This document shows, piece by piece, positions 1 to 8,975 of a stretch of 64,000 nt of DNA. The stretch is from Candidatus Parcubacteria bacterium (GTDB lineage Bacteria; Patescibacteriota; Minisyncoccia; Minisyncoccales; JAGMDC01): contig JAGLYZ010000002.1 of the NCBI GenBank assembly GCA_023131895.1, positions 240,474-304,473 on the forward strand. Direction: 5' to 3'. Position 1 is the first letter of the stretch. Every line of letters starts with the position of its first letter. A program made the position numbers and the translations under genes. The notes beneath the pieces are model-generated. The model did no database searches, was not told the DNA's origin, and saw only the letters and a program-made list of their open reading frames with translations.

Positions 1-13
1 TTATTAAAAAGTT

Positions 14-907
14 TTATTTCAAATCATTGAGCAGTTTTTCTGCTTCGTGTTTTGAATCAAAGAATACTGTTAATTTTGGCCTGCCGTCTTCAAGCTTTAA
101 TTTAATTGTTTTGGCAGTAACTCCAAAAAGCTCTTTGAATTTCATCTCTAAATCAACTAATTCATCAACTATTTCTTTTTTAACGCCTTTGCCCGGCTGC
201 CATATATTAAGTTTTCTCGCAAGATGTTCTGCTTCCCTCACATTTAAGTTATCTCTTAAAATCTTATCAAAAACTACTTTTCTTTTCTGCGGCTCTTTAG
301 TCAATAAAATGGCTTTTGCCAGCCCCTCAGTGATTTTATTTTCTCTAATTGCTTGTTTTATTTCTTGAGATAGGCCTAAAAATCGGACCATATTGCTGAC
401 AACCGGTCTAGTAATACCTGCTAATTGTCCGATTTTTTCATGAGTCAAGCCAAACTCCTTATGAAGACGGTCAAATGCCTCTGCTTTTTCTATTGGATTT
501 AAATCCTGGCGCTGAACATTTTCTACTAAAGATAATTCCAGCCTTTCTTTATTTGTAGGATGCCTTACTATCACTGGCACCTCTTTTAAACCAATTATTT
601 TAGACGCCATTAAACGTCTTTCACCAGCAATTAACTGATATTGCGTCTGCATGCTTTTATCCTTTAAGCCAGATGTTTCAATTTTAGCAACAACTAATGG
701 CTGTAAAATTCCATGCTCTCTAATTGACTCTGCCAGAGAATTTAAAGCATCCATATTAAATTCTCTCCTTGGCTGATATGGATTAGATTTTATTCTCTCA
801 ACTTCAATATAAAAAACTGCTTCTTTCTTGGTTGCTGATTTTTCAATATTTTTTTGTTTTTTATTAGGAATTAATGATTCTATCCCCTTGCCAAATGTTT
901 GTTTCAT
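14..907 (-). CDS. parB: Chromosome partitioning protein ParB/Spo0J
   Basis: 297 aa ORF with ParB N-terminal box (LIAGERR) and an HTH region. It lies directly downstream of parA on the same strand. Confidence 0.9.
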   Translation of the reverse strand: MKQTFGKGIESLIPNKKQKNIEKSATKKEAVFYIEVERIKSNPYQPRREFNMDALNSLAESIREHGILQPLVVAKIETSGLKDKSMQTQYQLIAGERRLMASKIIGLKEVPVIVRHPTNKERLELSLVENVQRQDLNPIEKAEAFDRLHKEFGLTHEKIGQLAGITRPVVSNMVRFLGLSQEIKQAIRENKITEGLAKAILLTKEPQKRKVVFDKILRDNLNVREAEHLARKLNIWQPGKGVKKEIVDELVDLEMKFKELFGVTAKTIKLKLEDGRPKLTVFFDSKHEAEKLLNDLK

Positions 908-919
908 AAAATTAAATAA

Positions 920-1699
920 TTAAGATTCTAAATTTTTAGTTTCAAGAATAAGAATTTCTTCGGCTAATTGCTTATATGCTTTGGCTGCTTGAGAACCAGG
1001 AGCGTATTGTAAAATTGTCTGGCCGTATTTTGGCGCTTCAGCTAAAACCACGCTTCTAGGAATAATAGTATCAAACACATACCCAGAAAAGCTTCTTCTT
1101 ACTTCTTTGGCAACATCCCTGCAAATACGATTTCTTCTATTATACATTGTTAATAAAGCTCCAGTAATTTTTAAATCTTGGCCAAGATTGTTTTTTACTA
1201 AGGCAATGGTATCAAGCAGCTGATCTAACCCCTCTAAAGCCAAGTATTCACACTGAACAGGAATTAAAACTTCCTTGGAGCCGACTAAAGAATTAAGGGT
1301 TAAAATGCCTAAGCTTGGAGGTGAATCAATAATGATAAAATCATAAGATTCTTCAACCTTTTTTAGAACTTGAGACAATTTAAATTCTCGGTTTTTCATT
1401 CCAACCAATTCCACAGTAGCACCGGCTAAATCCGGAGAAGCAGGCATAATATCATAACCAAAAAAAGAACTTTTTCTAATAATTGCCGAAGGAGTAATCT
1501 GCTCCATTAAAACATTATAAATAGAAAGAGGCAGATTACGGCAGTTAATTCCTAAACTCAAAGTTGCATTGGCTTGGGGGTCCATATCTACTAATAAAAC
1601 TCTCTTCCCTTTGGCACTCAAAAAAACTGGCATGTTTACAGCAACATTTGACTTCCCTACCCCTCCTTTTTGGTTACATATAGAGATAATCCTAGCCAT
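920..1699 (-). CDS. parA: Chromosome partitioning ATPase ParA/Soj
   Basis: 259 aa with deviant Walker A KGGVGKS and typical ParA/MinD layout. Adjacent to parB. Confidence 0.92.
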   Translation of the reverse strand: MARIISICNQKGGVGKSNVAVNMPVFLSAKGKRVLLVDMDPQANATLSLGINCRNLPLSIYNVLMEQITPSAIIRKSSFFGYDIMPASPDLAGATVELVGMKNREFKLSQVLKKVEESYDFIIIDSPPSLGILTLNSLVGSKEVLIPVQCEYLALEGLDQLLDTIALVKNNLGQDLKITGALLTMYNRRNRICRDVAKEVRRSFSGYVFDTIIPRSVVLAEAPKYGQTILQYAPGSQAAKAYKQLAEEILILETKNLES

Positions 1700-1727
1700 T
1701 ATTTTATTTTAGCATAAGATTTCAAAA

Positions 1728-1757
1728 TTGACAAAGGGGGATAATTTTTGATAGAAT
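1728..1757 (+). promoter_or_regulatory. Sigma70-like promoter for tRNA-Leu
   Basis: TTGACA at 1728-1733, an 18-nt spacer ending in TG, and TAGAAT at 1752-1757. This sits about 8 nt before the tRNA 5' end. Confidence 0.5.
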
Positions 1758-1765
1758 TAAATTGA

Positions 1766-1849
1766 GCCGGGGTGGCGGAATTGGTTTACGCGTACGATTC
1801 AAAATCGTATAGACGAAAGTCTGTGAGGGTTCGAGTCCCTCCTCCGGCA
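1766..1849 (+). tRNA. tRNA-Leu (anticodon CAA), class II with long variable arm
   Basis: Hand-folded cloverleaf. Acceptor GCCGGGG/CTCCGGC, anticodon loop TTCAAAA, variable arm AGAC-GAAA-GTCT, T arm GAGGG-TTCGAGT-CCCTC. CCA is not encoded. Confidence 0.9.
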
Positions 1850-1857
1850 CAATAAAA

Positions 1858-1885
1858 ACGGGAAATCAATCCCCGTATTTTTTTG
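1858..1885 (+). terminator. Rho-independent terminator after tRNA-Leu
   Basis: Stem ACGGG/CCCGT followed by a run of 7 T. An A-run on the other side could also serve the convergent GH130 gene. Confidence 0.5.
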
Positions 1886-1887
1886 TT

Positions 1888-2808
1888 TCAAAGAAATTTA
1901 GAAATGTCTGCGGTAGCCACTCCTATTACAGTGTCAGCGCCGCCATAATAAACAAAAAGCTTTTTTCCTTTAATAACAGCAGCGCATGAAAAAACCACAT
2001 TTGGAACCTGTCCTTTTAATTCATAATTCTTGACTGGTTCAAGAATTGGTTTTTTGGATCTATATAAAATTTTTTCTGGGTTTTTGAGATCTATTAAAGT
2101 AAATCCTAATCTATAAATTCTTCCGGCTTGCTTTTGTTCAACTCCATGATAAATTAATAGCCAGGAATTATTCAATTTTAGAGGAGGTCCGGCTATACCA
2201 ATTTTGTATTCATCCCACATCCCTTTTCTTGGTTTCATTACTATTTTTGGTCTTGACCAGTTTTTCAAATCTCTTGAATAACTCACCCAAATATTCGGCA
2301 TAAATCTTGTATAAAGAACATATTTACCATTTATCTTTTCTGGAAATAAACCTGCATTTCTATCATCAATATCTGGAAAAATAACCCCATGCCTTTTCCA
2401 ATTCCATTTCTTTTGTAAAAAATCTTCAACTTCAATTGAAGCCATAGATGATTGGGCTGTTCTGCCATTTACGCCGGCATAAAGCATATAAATTCTGCTG
2501 CCAATCCTTGTTAATCTTGGGTCCTCAATACCAGAATTATTGAATTTTACCATTGGTTTTTCAAATTCTAACTCTGGGATAAAAATTGGTTTTTCTAACC
2601 TTTCATCAATGCGAAAACCATCTTTACTTGACGCATAACCAAGCCTTGATACTTTATCCCTGCCTAATGCTCTATAAACTATATGGACTTTATTGTCCAA
2701 GATTATTGCAGCGCAATTGTAAACGTATTCTTCCCAATGATGGGTTTTTATCGGTTTAAGAATAGGGTTTTTAATATATCTTTTTAAGGTTATCATTTTT
2801 TTTGCCAT
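1888..2808 (-). CDS. Glycoside hydrolase family 130-like glycosidase/phosphorylase
   Basis: 306 aa. The N-terminal NPILKP...W...NCAAI...VYRA pattern and length are typical of the GH130 (DUF377) beta-propeller family. Confidence 0.7.
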   Translation of the reverse strand: MAKKMITLKRYIKNPILKPIKTHHWEEYVYNCAAIILDNKVHIVYRALGRDKVSRLGYASSKDGFRIDERLEKPIFIPELEFEKPMVKFNNSGIEDPRLTRIGSRIYMLYAGVNGRTAQSSMASIEVEDFLQKKWNWKRHGVIFPDIDDRNAGLFPEKINGKYVLYTRFMPNIWVSYSRDLKNWSRPKIVMKPRKGMWDEYKIGIAGPPLKLNNSWLLIYHGVEQKQAGRIYRLGFTLIDLKNPEKILYRSKKPILEPVKNYELKGQVPNVVFSCAAVIKGKKLFVYYGGADTVIGVATADISKFL

Positions 2809-3914
2809 TATAGTAAATTTATGATTTTTTTATAATATAATATTTTTTTGTATGCTTCGTCAACTCTCTCTAAAAATTTTTCATTTTTATTTGCTTCTTT
2901 AATAATCGCATCCCGCATAACAATAAAATCTTCCGGATGACTGGTTAATATAATATCATTAACTTTTAATGCATCAACAGCAGCTCTTTTAGGAACTTCT
3001 TTATGGTCCAGTCTATAATATTGTCTTATTGCGCCCATATGTAATTCATCCACAATTACCAAACCATTAAAACTTAATTCATTCTTTAGAAATTTATCAA
3101 TTTTGACTGAAAGTGATGTAGGCACATTCCAATCCAAACAAGTTATTATATGTCCTTTCATTATAGCATAGCACCCATTTTTAAAAGCTTTTTTATATGG
3201 CTCAATCTGTGCTAAAATTTTATTTCTAAGAATAGCTAATTTTAGCAGAATTCTGTGTGGATTTTGATTCTTCTTCAAAATTCCATATGAAGGAAAATGT
3301 TTCAATGTTGGTATAATATTCTGTTCTTGAAAAATTCGCATTGCAGTCAAGCCCAATGTGATTACTGTTTCCATTTTGTCAGAATAAGACCTGCATGCTG
3401 CTATAGTTTCAGATTTTGTCAAATCATCTTTATTTTTAATCAATACTCTTTCCTCTGCCACATATCCTTTATACCCTTTTTTTGCACAATCAACCAATGG
3501 CGCAAAATTCATATTAAACCCAATTTGATTCATTAACTTAGCAAATTTTCCAACTTCTTTTTTAAAGAATTCTAAATTCCTATCTTTTTCAAATTTCTTT
3601 CCATAGAAACGTGGAGATTTATAATCAGAGATAGATTTTAGCCTGTTGAAATATTTTCCTCCTTCCCCATCAATTGCCAAAAACAAAGGGATTTTTTTAT
3701 TTTTCTGCGATAATCTATTCAATAATTTTACAAATCGTTTTAACGATTCCGAGCTATCTCCTTCTAATGTTGATTGACTTTCAGAAACGATTTCACCGCC
3801 TTTACCAATCATAAATCCGCCAATTCCTTCCTTTATAAACATTTCAATTTGGTCGATATTATCCGGGGTTTTACAAATAAACAATTGCCCAACTTTTTCT
3901 TTCAAATTTTCCAT
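2808..3914 (-). CDS. Glycoside hydrolase family 3 N-terminal domain protein (NagZ-like)
   Basis: 368 aa with a KHFPSYG motif (GH3 KHFPGxG) and AIDGEGG (DQEGG-like). Overlaps the GH130 start by 1 nt. Confidence 0.6.
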   Translation of the reverse strand: MENLKEKVGQLFICKTPDNIDQIEMFIKEGIGGFMIGKGGEIVSESQSTLEGDSSESLKRFVKLLNRLSQKNKKIPLFLAIDGEGGKYFNRLKSISDYKSPRFYGKKFEKDRNLEFFKKEVGKFAKLMNQIGFNMNFAPLVDCAKKGYKGYVAEERVLIKNKDDLTKSETIAACRSYSDKMETVITLGLTAMRIFQEQNIIPTLKHFPSYGILKKNQNPHRILLKLAILRNKILAQIEPYKKAFKNGCYAIMKGHIITCLDWNVPTSLSVKIDKFLKNELSFNGLVIVDELHMGAIRQYYRLDHKEVPKRAAVDALKVNDIILTSHPEDFIVMRDAIIKEANKNEKFLERVDEAYKKILYYKKIINLL

Positions 3915-3919
3915 TAGAT

Positions 3920-4447
3920 TTATTTTTTGAAAATTTTTATTATTAGCCAGCTAGAGAAAACGCCAATAACAGCGCCAGCAAAAATATCTAAGGGCCAATG
4001 AATCCCGCAAAAAACTCTGGCTAAACAAATTAAAAAACTGGCTATAAAAAATAAAATGCCAGCTCTTTTATTGTAAAAATAAATTATTGTTGATAAAGCA
4101 AAGTAAAAAGCGGCATGCCCTGAAGGAAAAGCAGAAGTAGGAGCATGAGTTAAGAGAAGATTAACATCGTTATCAATAAAGGGTCTGGCTTTTGGCAAAA
4201 TCCAGCGAATGATTTCTGTAAAAACTAAACGGGAAAGAATGCCGGCTAAAATCGCCTGCCAAACCATTGGCCAATATCTCTTGAAGTTCTTTACTAGAAA
4301 GAAGAATAAACAAAAAACTAAAGCATACTCAAAATACTTGGCAAAAAAAATACCTAAACTATCTAACCAGGCATACTGCCCTGCCCAATTATTTACTATT
4401 TGAAATAAATAAAAATCTATATCCATTGTTTCATTTTTTATTCCCAA
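3920..4447 (-). CDS. PAP2-family lipid phosphate phosphatase (membrane)
   Basis: 175 aa polytopic protein with the three PAP2 motifs: KARPF, PSGH and ARVFCGIHWPLD. Confidence 0.85.
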   Translation of the reverse strand: MGIKNETMDIDFYLFQIVNNWAGQYAWLDSLGIFFAKYFEYALVFCLFFFLVKNFKRYWPMVWQAILAGILSRLVFTEIIRWILPKARPFIDNDVNLLLTHAPTSAFPSGHAAFYFALSTIIYFYNKRAGILFFIASFLICLARVFCGIHWPLDIFAGAVIGVFSSWLIIKIFKK

Positions 4448-5636
4448 ACCAGGATTTAAATTCTGGGATTTTTCCCATAAATATAAATCCTAACGAAAAC
4501 ACTGCCGCCAAAATAAAGGCAAAGTTTATGTTAGAAATAACCAAAGACAGTCCTGCTAAAACTATAAGAAAAGCGCAACGAGGAAGCGCTATCGCCATTT
4601 CTCTATAAATAATAAATTCATCAATTTCTGCGCCTTTATCTTCTGCTTTTTGATATAAAATAGTTTGAAAAGGAATTCCCGCAGAGGTTCTAGCAAATCT
4701 ATAAAAACCTTGAGCCAAAAAAGCAGAAATGGGGTTGAATACAAAAAACTTTCCGAGCCAGGCGCCAGAAGTAAGCACTGAACCAATAGCTAAAAGTTTG
4801 GTTTTGTTCATTTTGTCAGTAATTCTGCCCATATACAAAGTAAAAAATAAAGAGATCATTAAAGCTACAGTAGCCACGCTTCCAATAGTGATATAGCCAA
4901 TAGCTAAAATAGCTAAAAATAGAGGCCAAATGCAGTTATTTATTGTTCCCTCTATTCCCAAAATGGCAAAAGCTAAATTATGATATCTATTTTCTTTTTT
5001 AAATATTCTTTGATAGGCACCGAGATAAGAGTCGGTATAAATTTGATGAATATCTTTGGATAAAAATAAAGGAATAGCTGAGCTGAAAAGGACAGCTAAA
5101 ACCGTTACAAATAAAGCTGGGTATCCGAAAAGAGCTATAATAGTTCCTCCAATAGCTGGAGCTAAAATTCCTGGCAAAGCAACTACAAAATTAAGCTTGC
5201 CTACCTCTTTTCCTAATTTTTTTCCTTCAGAAACACGAGCAAAATTGGTGTGATAAGCAGGCCAGAAAAAAATTATTCCTAACACATATAAGATTATTGA
5301 TAGAAAAATAAAAAACTGAGAAATATTAAAATAAAGCAGACAGATATAAAATCCCCAAAAAAATGGCAGAGAAACAAGCATAGCTTTTTTAAGGCCAATT
5401 TTCATCATTATCTGACCTCCAAATGGCGCTAAGGCTCCTTGTAATCCATAAATTCCGGCGAAGAATAAAAAAGTTAAAGGCAGTGAATTAAAATGTTGAT
5501 AGATATAAATCGGCACAAATATAGTAATCATCCCAAATCCAAAACCTCGTATAGCCATGCTAGTAAAAAATCTATCTGATTCTCTTTTCAGGAAGAAAAA
5601 TAAATATGAAACTGGATTTATATTAGAAAAAGTCAT
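4431..5636 (-). CDS. MFS-type transporter
   Basis: 401 aa hydrophobic protein with about 12 predicted TM segments and MFS-like loop spacing. Confidence 0.65.
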   Translation of the reverse strand: MTFSNINPVSYLFFFLKRESDRFFTSMAIRGFGFGMITIFVPIYIYQHFNSLPLTFLFFAGIYGLQGALAPFGGQIMMKIGLKKAMLVSLPFFWGFYICLLYFNISQFFIFLSIILYVLGIIFFWPAYHTNFARVSEGKKLGKEVGKLNFVVALPGILAPAIGGTIIALFGYPALFVTVLAVLFSSAIPLFLSKDIHQIYTDSYLGAYQRIFKKENRYHNLAFAILGIEGTINNCIWPLFLAILAIGYITIGSVATVALMISLFFTLYMGRITDKMNKTKLLAIGSVLTSGAWLGKFFVFNPISAFLAQGFYRFARTSAGIPFQTILYQKAEDKGAEIDEFIIYREMAIALPRCAFLIVLAGLSLVISNINFAFILAAVFSLGFIFMGKIPEFKSWFGNKK

Positions 5637-5712
5637 TTCTCAATTATATCTTAATTTCAAAGAATAAAAAAGAGCTGACTATTTACCGCCAGCTTTAATT
5701 TTTATCTATTAC

Positions 5713-6465
5713 TCACCCTATCCCTACTTTCCCTCTTTTTGTGGCTAATATGATATCTTGTAATTTGGTCAATTGTCCTTCAATTATGTTACCGGTAACT
5801 AAAATATCAGCCCCAGCTTTTAGTTTTTCCTTTGCAATCCTATCGCTTCTTATTCCTCCACCTACGATTAAAGGAATATCTATATTTCTCTTGACTTCAG
5901 CTATCATTTTATCCGGCACCGAAAGTAGAGAACCGGAACCGGCTTCCAAATAGACAAATTTCATACCGAAATACTGAGCTGTTAAGGCGTATCTGGCCGC
6001 CAAATCAATATCTTCTCTTTGAATCAAATCTGCACGACCTATCTCTCCGACTTTCATCCCTGGCTTAACCAATATATAACCCACTGAAATTGGCTCTATC
6101 CCTATCTTTTTTATAATTGATACTCCTTTCACTTGCTCTCCGACCAAATACCTTCTATCTTTTGAATTTGACAAACTCAAGAAAAATATAGCGTTGGCAT
6201 ACCTACTCAAAAAGTTAGCACTCGAAGGAAATAAGATTACCGGTAACTCTGTTTTTTTTACTTCTATTACAGTCCGGTCTAAAATCTTCTGCTCTATTGG
6301 AGTAGAGCCTCCAACCATTATAGCATCAGTCCCAGCTTCTTTTGCCACCCTGGCTAAATCCTTAGATCTTTTCGTATTTTGTTTTTCGGGATCAATTAAG
6401 GTGAAATGCAATCGCTCTTTTTCTAGTTTATCCATCAGATATTCAAATACCTTCATTTTACTCAC
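5713..6465 (-). CDS. Geranylgeranylglyceryl/heptaprenylglyceryl phosphate synthase (GGGPS/PcrB family)
   Basis: 250 aa TIM-barrel protein with family blocks LIDPEK, GTDAIMVGGS, PVILFPSS, YLEAGSG and VGGGIR. Confidence 0.85.
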   Translation of the reverse strand: MSKMKVFEYLMDKLEKERLHFTLIDPEKQNTKRSKDLARVAKEAGTDAIMVGGSTPIEQKILDRTVIEVKKTELPVILFPSSANFLSRYANAIFFLSLSNSKDRRYLVGEQVKGVSIIKKIGIEPISVGYILVKPGMKVGEIGRADLIQREDIDLAARYALTAQYFGMKFVYLEAGSGSLLSVPDKMIAEVKRNIDIPLIVGGGIRSDRIAKEKLKAGADILVTGNIIEGQLTKLQDIILATKRGKVGIG

Positions 6466-6517
6466 CCCATATATTTTTGTTAAAGATATTTCATCTTACC
6501 AATCACAAAAAATTTTG

Positions 6518-7450
6518 TCAAATTTTGGCTGTAATTCTAAACTCTATATCTTTTTTCTGACGGGCTTTGGTTGAATAATATTGAGTCAGTTTTTTAGCTT
6601 TTTCTATAACTTTTTCAGAAATTCTTGCTTTACTATAATTTCTAACTAAAGTTAAGGGTCCAGGATAATTTTTCATTTCAATTAAAATATCCCGCCCAAA
6701 AGCAATTTTCCTAATTTTTTTGTTTTCTTTTTCATCGCGGCCTATAACAACCTTTGATTTATCAAGCCATACATGCCTGCCGAATTTTAATGATTCAATA
6801 TCATTTTCTTTGCATTTTGGATAGATTTTCAATAGTTCTTTTAATCGCTCGCTAAATTCTGGATCAGTTAATAAACAGCCGCCAGAAGGCGCAGGATATT
6901 CTTTCATCTTATATTTTTTAGCTAAAGCAATCTGTTTTTTTCTTGAACGGCCGGAAATATCTAAAAATTCTTTTCTATTCACCCAGCCCAGTTTCTCTGG
7001 AATGGTAGGTTTCAGCAATTGAGCAGACAGAGGCCGCAATAAATATCCAGATAAAGAAGATTGTTTTTCTATTAATTCTAATGCTTTTCTATTCTGGCTC
7101 ATTGGTCTCTCGCCTAAAACCTCGCCAGTGACTATGAAATTAAATCCTTGTTTCTTCATTGTTTTCTTAGCTGTTTCCAGCATTAATATATGGCAATCAA
7201 TGCAAGGATTTATATTCTTCCCATAGCCATAAATTGGCTTTTTCACTATTTTTAAATGTTCTTCTGAAAAATCAATAACTTTTAGCGACAATTTTATTTG
7301 TTTAGCAGCTTCTTTTGCTTGCTCTTCATCAAAAAAATAACTTTTGAGAGTTATTCCCAAAAGCTCTACCACTTGTTCTTGCAAAAGCTTAACAGCTAAA
7401 ATTGAATCTAACCCGCCTGAAAACAAGATTATAGCTTTAATCTTTTTCAT
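6518..7450 (-). CDS. PP-loop ATP pyrophosphatase, ThiI/MnmA-like tRNA sulfurtransferase (putative)
   Basis: 310 aa with N-terminal PP-loop SGGLDS and NPCIDCH cysteines. Its start overlaps the stop of the FTR-like gene (ATGA). Confidence 0.6.
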   Translation of the reverse strand: MKKIKAIILFSGGLDSILAVKLLQEQVVELLGITLKSYFFDEEQAKEAAKQIKLSLKVIDFSEEHLKIVKKPIYGYGKNINPCIDCHILMLETAKKTMKKQGFNFIVTGEVLGERPMSQNRKALELIEKQSSLSGYLLRPLSAQLLKPTIPEKLGWVNRKEFLDISGRSRKKQIALAKKYKMKEYPAPSGGCLLTDPEFSERLKELLKIYPKCKENDIESLKFGRHVWLDKSKVVIGRDEKENKKIRKIAFGRDILIEMKNYPGPLTLVRNYSKARISEKVIEKAKKLTQYYSTKARQKKDIEFRITAKI

Positions 7451-7722
7451 CTAACGGGTTTTAAAAATAAACCGCAATGGCAATGCCCTTTTTCTTCTAT
7501 TTCAGAATTCATGAAAATACAAGGACAAATTTTCTTGTCATCTTCTTCGTGGTTTCCTGTAATAACTCGGCAAGGACAAAACTTTTTACCATATTTCTCT
7601 TCATTATCTAATAATTTTCTCATCAGACCCACTACGACTTCCTTGTTCTGGTTCAATTCAAAACCATTTTCCTGGGCATAAATATTATATTCTTTAAGTA
7701 GGGCTTCTATTTTATCATCCAT
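7447..7722 (-). CDS. Ferredoxin:thioredoxin reductase catalytic-subunit-like protein
   Basis: 91 aa carrying the FTR catalytic-chain cysteine signature CPCR...CPC...CHCGLF. Confidence 0.8.
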   Translation of the reverse strand: MDDKIEALLKEYNIYAQENGFELNQNKEVVVGLMRKLLDNEEKYGKKFCPCRVITGNHEEDDKKICPCIFMNSEIEEKGHCHCGLFLKPVR

Positions 7723-7726
7723 ATAA

Positions 7727-8041
7727 TTAAAAACTATCTTCTATTTTTTTTATTAAAACTTCATAAGGAACAAGACCGACTATTCTATCTTTTACTTGGC
7801 CTTGTTTAAAAATCATTAAGGTAGGAATCGCCTCAATACCATAAGTCATAGCCGTTCCTCTTGCTTCGTCTACATTAAGTTTCCCGACCTTAATTTTCTC
7901 CTGATAATCTTCGGCTATTTTTTCTACCATCGGAGCAATAACTTTGCATGGAGGGCACCAATTAGTATACATATCAACTAAAACAGGCTTGTTACTTTCC
8001 AACACTTCCTCTTTAAAATTTTGGTCATTTAAATCAATCAT
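7727..8041 (-). CDS. trxA: Thioredoxin
   Basis: WCPPCK active site and a thioredoxin-sized protein. The start is taken at MIDLND (8041) and overlaps the ftsZ stop; the track start at 8062 is probably an upstream extension. Confidence 0.88.
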   Translation of the reverse strand: MIDLNDQNFKEEVLESNKPVLVDMYTNWCPPCKVIAPMVEKIAEDYQEKIKVGKLNVDEARGTAMTYGIEAIPTLMIFKQGQVKDRIVGLVPYEVLIKKIEDSF

Positions 8042-8975
8042 TATTATTAAAACCAGTAGCAATAACTGTAATTTTTATTTCTCCAGGCGCCAAGCTTTTG
8101 TCCTGAACTGCCCCAAAAATTATTTTTGCCTTGGAATTAGTGTTTTTCGTAATGATATTTGCAATATCGTTTACTTCATCCAAGCTAATATCTTTTCCTC
8201 CACTAACATTGAATAAAATACCTTTTGCCCCATGAATTGAAAAATCAAGCAATGGAGAATTAATCGCTCTGTTTACTGCTTCCTCTGTTCTGTTTTCTCC
8301 TTTTCCATAACCAATACCAAACAAGGCAGGACCAGAGTTTTTCATAATTGCTTTTAAATCAGCAAAATCAACATTAATAATGCCCGGAAAAACAATTAAG
8401 TCAGAAATCCCCTGAACCGCTTCCCTTAAAACTTCGTCGCATGCCCAAAAAGCAGAAAGTAATGTTGTTTCTTGGTCAATAAGAGAAAGGATTTTGTCGT
8501 TGGGAATAATAAGCAAAGTGTCTACCCTATCTTTAAAATTTTCTAATGCTTTCTCAGCTATTAACTGCCGCTGGTTGCCTTCAAAAGAAAATGGTTTTGT
8601 AACTACAGCAATAGTTAAAGCTCCTTGTTTTTTAGCAATTTCTGCTACCATTGGGCCAGCGCCGCTTCCTGTGCCTCCGCCTAATCCGCAGGTGATAAAA
8701 ACCATATCAGAATCTTTTAAAATCTGTTCAATTTCTTCTCTATTTTCTTCAGCTGCTTTTTTTCCTATTTCCGGATTCATTCCAGCGCCCAAACCTTTAG
8801 TTGCTTCCCTGCCAATACGAATTTTTTTATGCGCCTGCGTTTTTGCTAAATCCTGAACATCAGTATTCAAAGCAATTAAATCAATGCCTTGAATTTTACA
8901 TTTCATCATCCGAGAAACAGCATTAGAGCCAGACCCGCCAACCCCTATTACTTTTATTTTAGTTAAATTTGTCAT
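8034..8975 (-). CDS. ftsZ: Cell division GTPase FtsZ (core only, no C-terminal tail)
   Basis: 313 aa with tubulin signature GGGTGSG. The protein ends at ...ITVIATGFNNND, right after the globular core. Confidence 0.93.
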   Translation of the reverse strand: MTNLTKIKVIGVGGSGSNAVSRMMKCKIQGIDLIALNTDVQDLAKTQAHKKIRIGREATKGLGAGMNPEIGKKAAEENREEIEQILKDSDMVFITCGLGGGTGSGAGPMVAEIAKKQGALTIAVVTKPFSFEGNQRQLIAEKALENFKDRVDTLLIIPNDKILSLIDQETTLLSAFWACDEVLREAVQGISDLIVFPGIINVDFADLKAIMKNSGPALFGIGYGKGENRTEEAVNRAINSPLLDFSIHGAKGILFNVSGGKDISLDEVNDIANIITKNTNSKAKIIFGAVQDKSLAPGEIKITVIATGFNNND

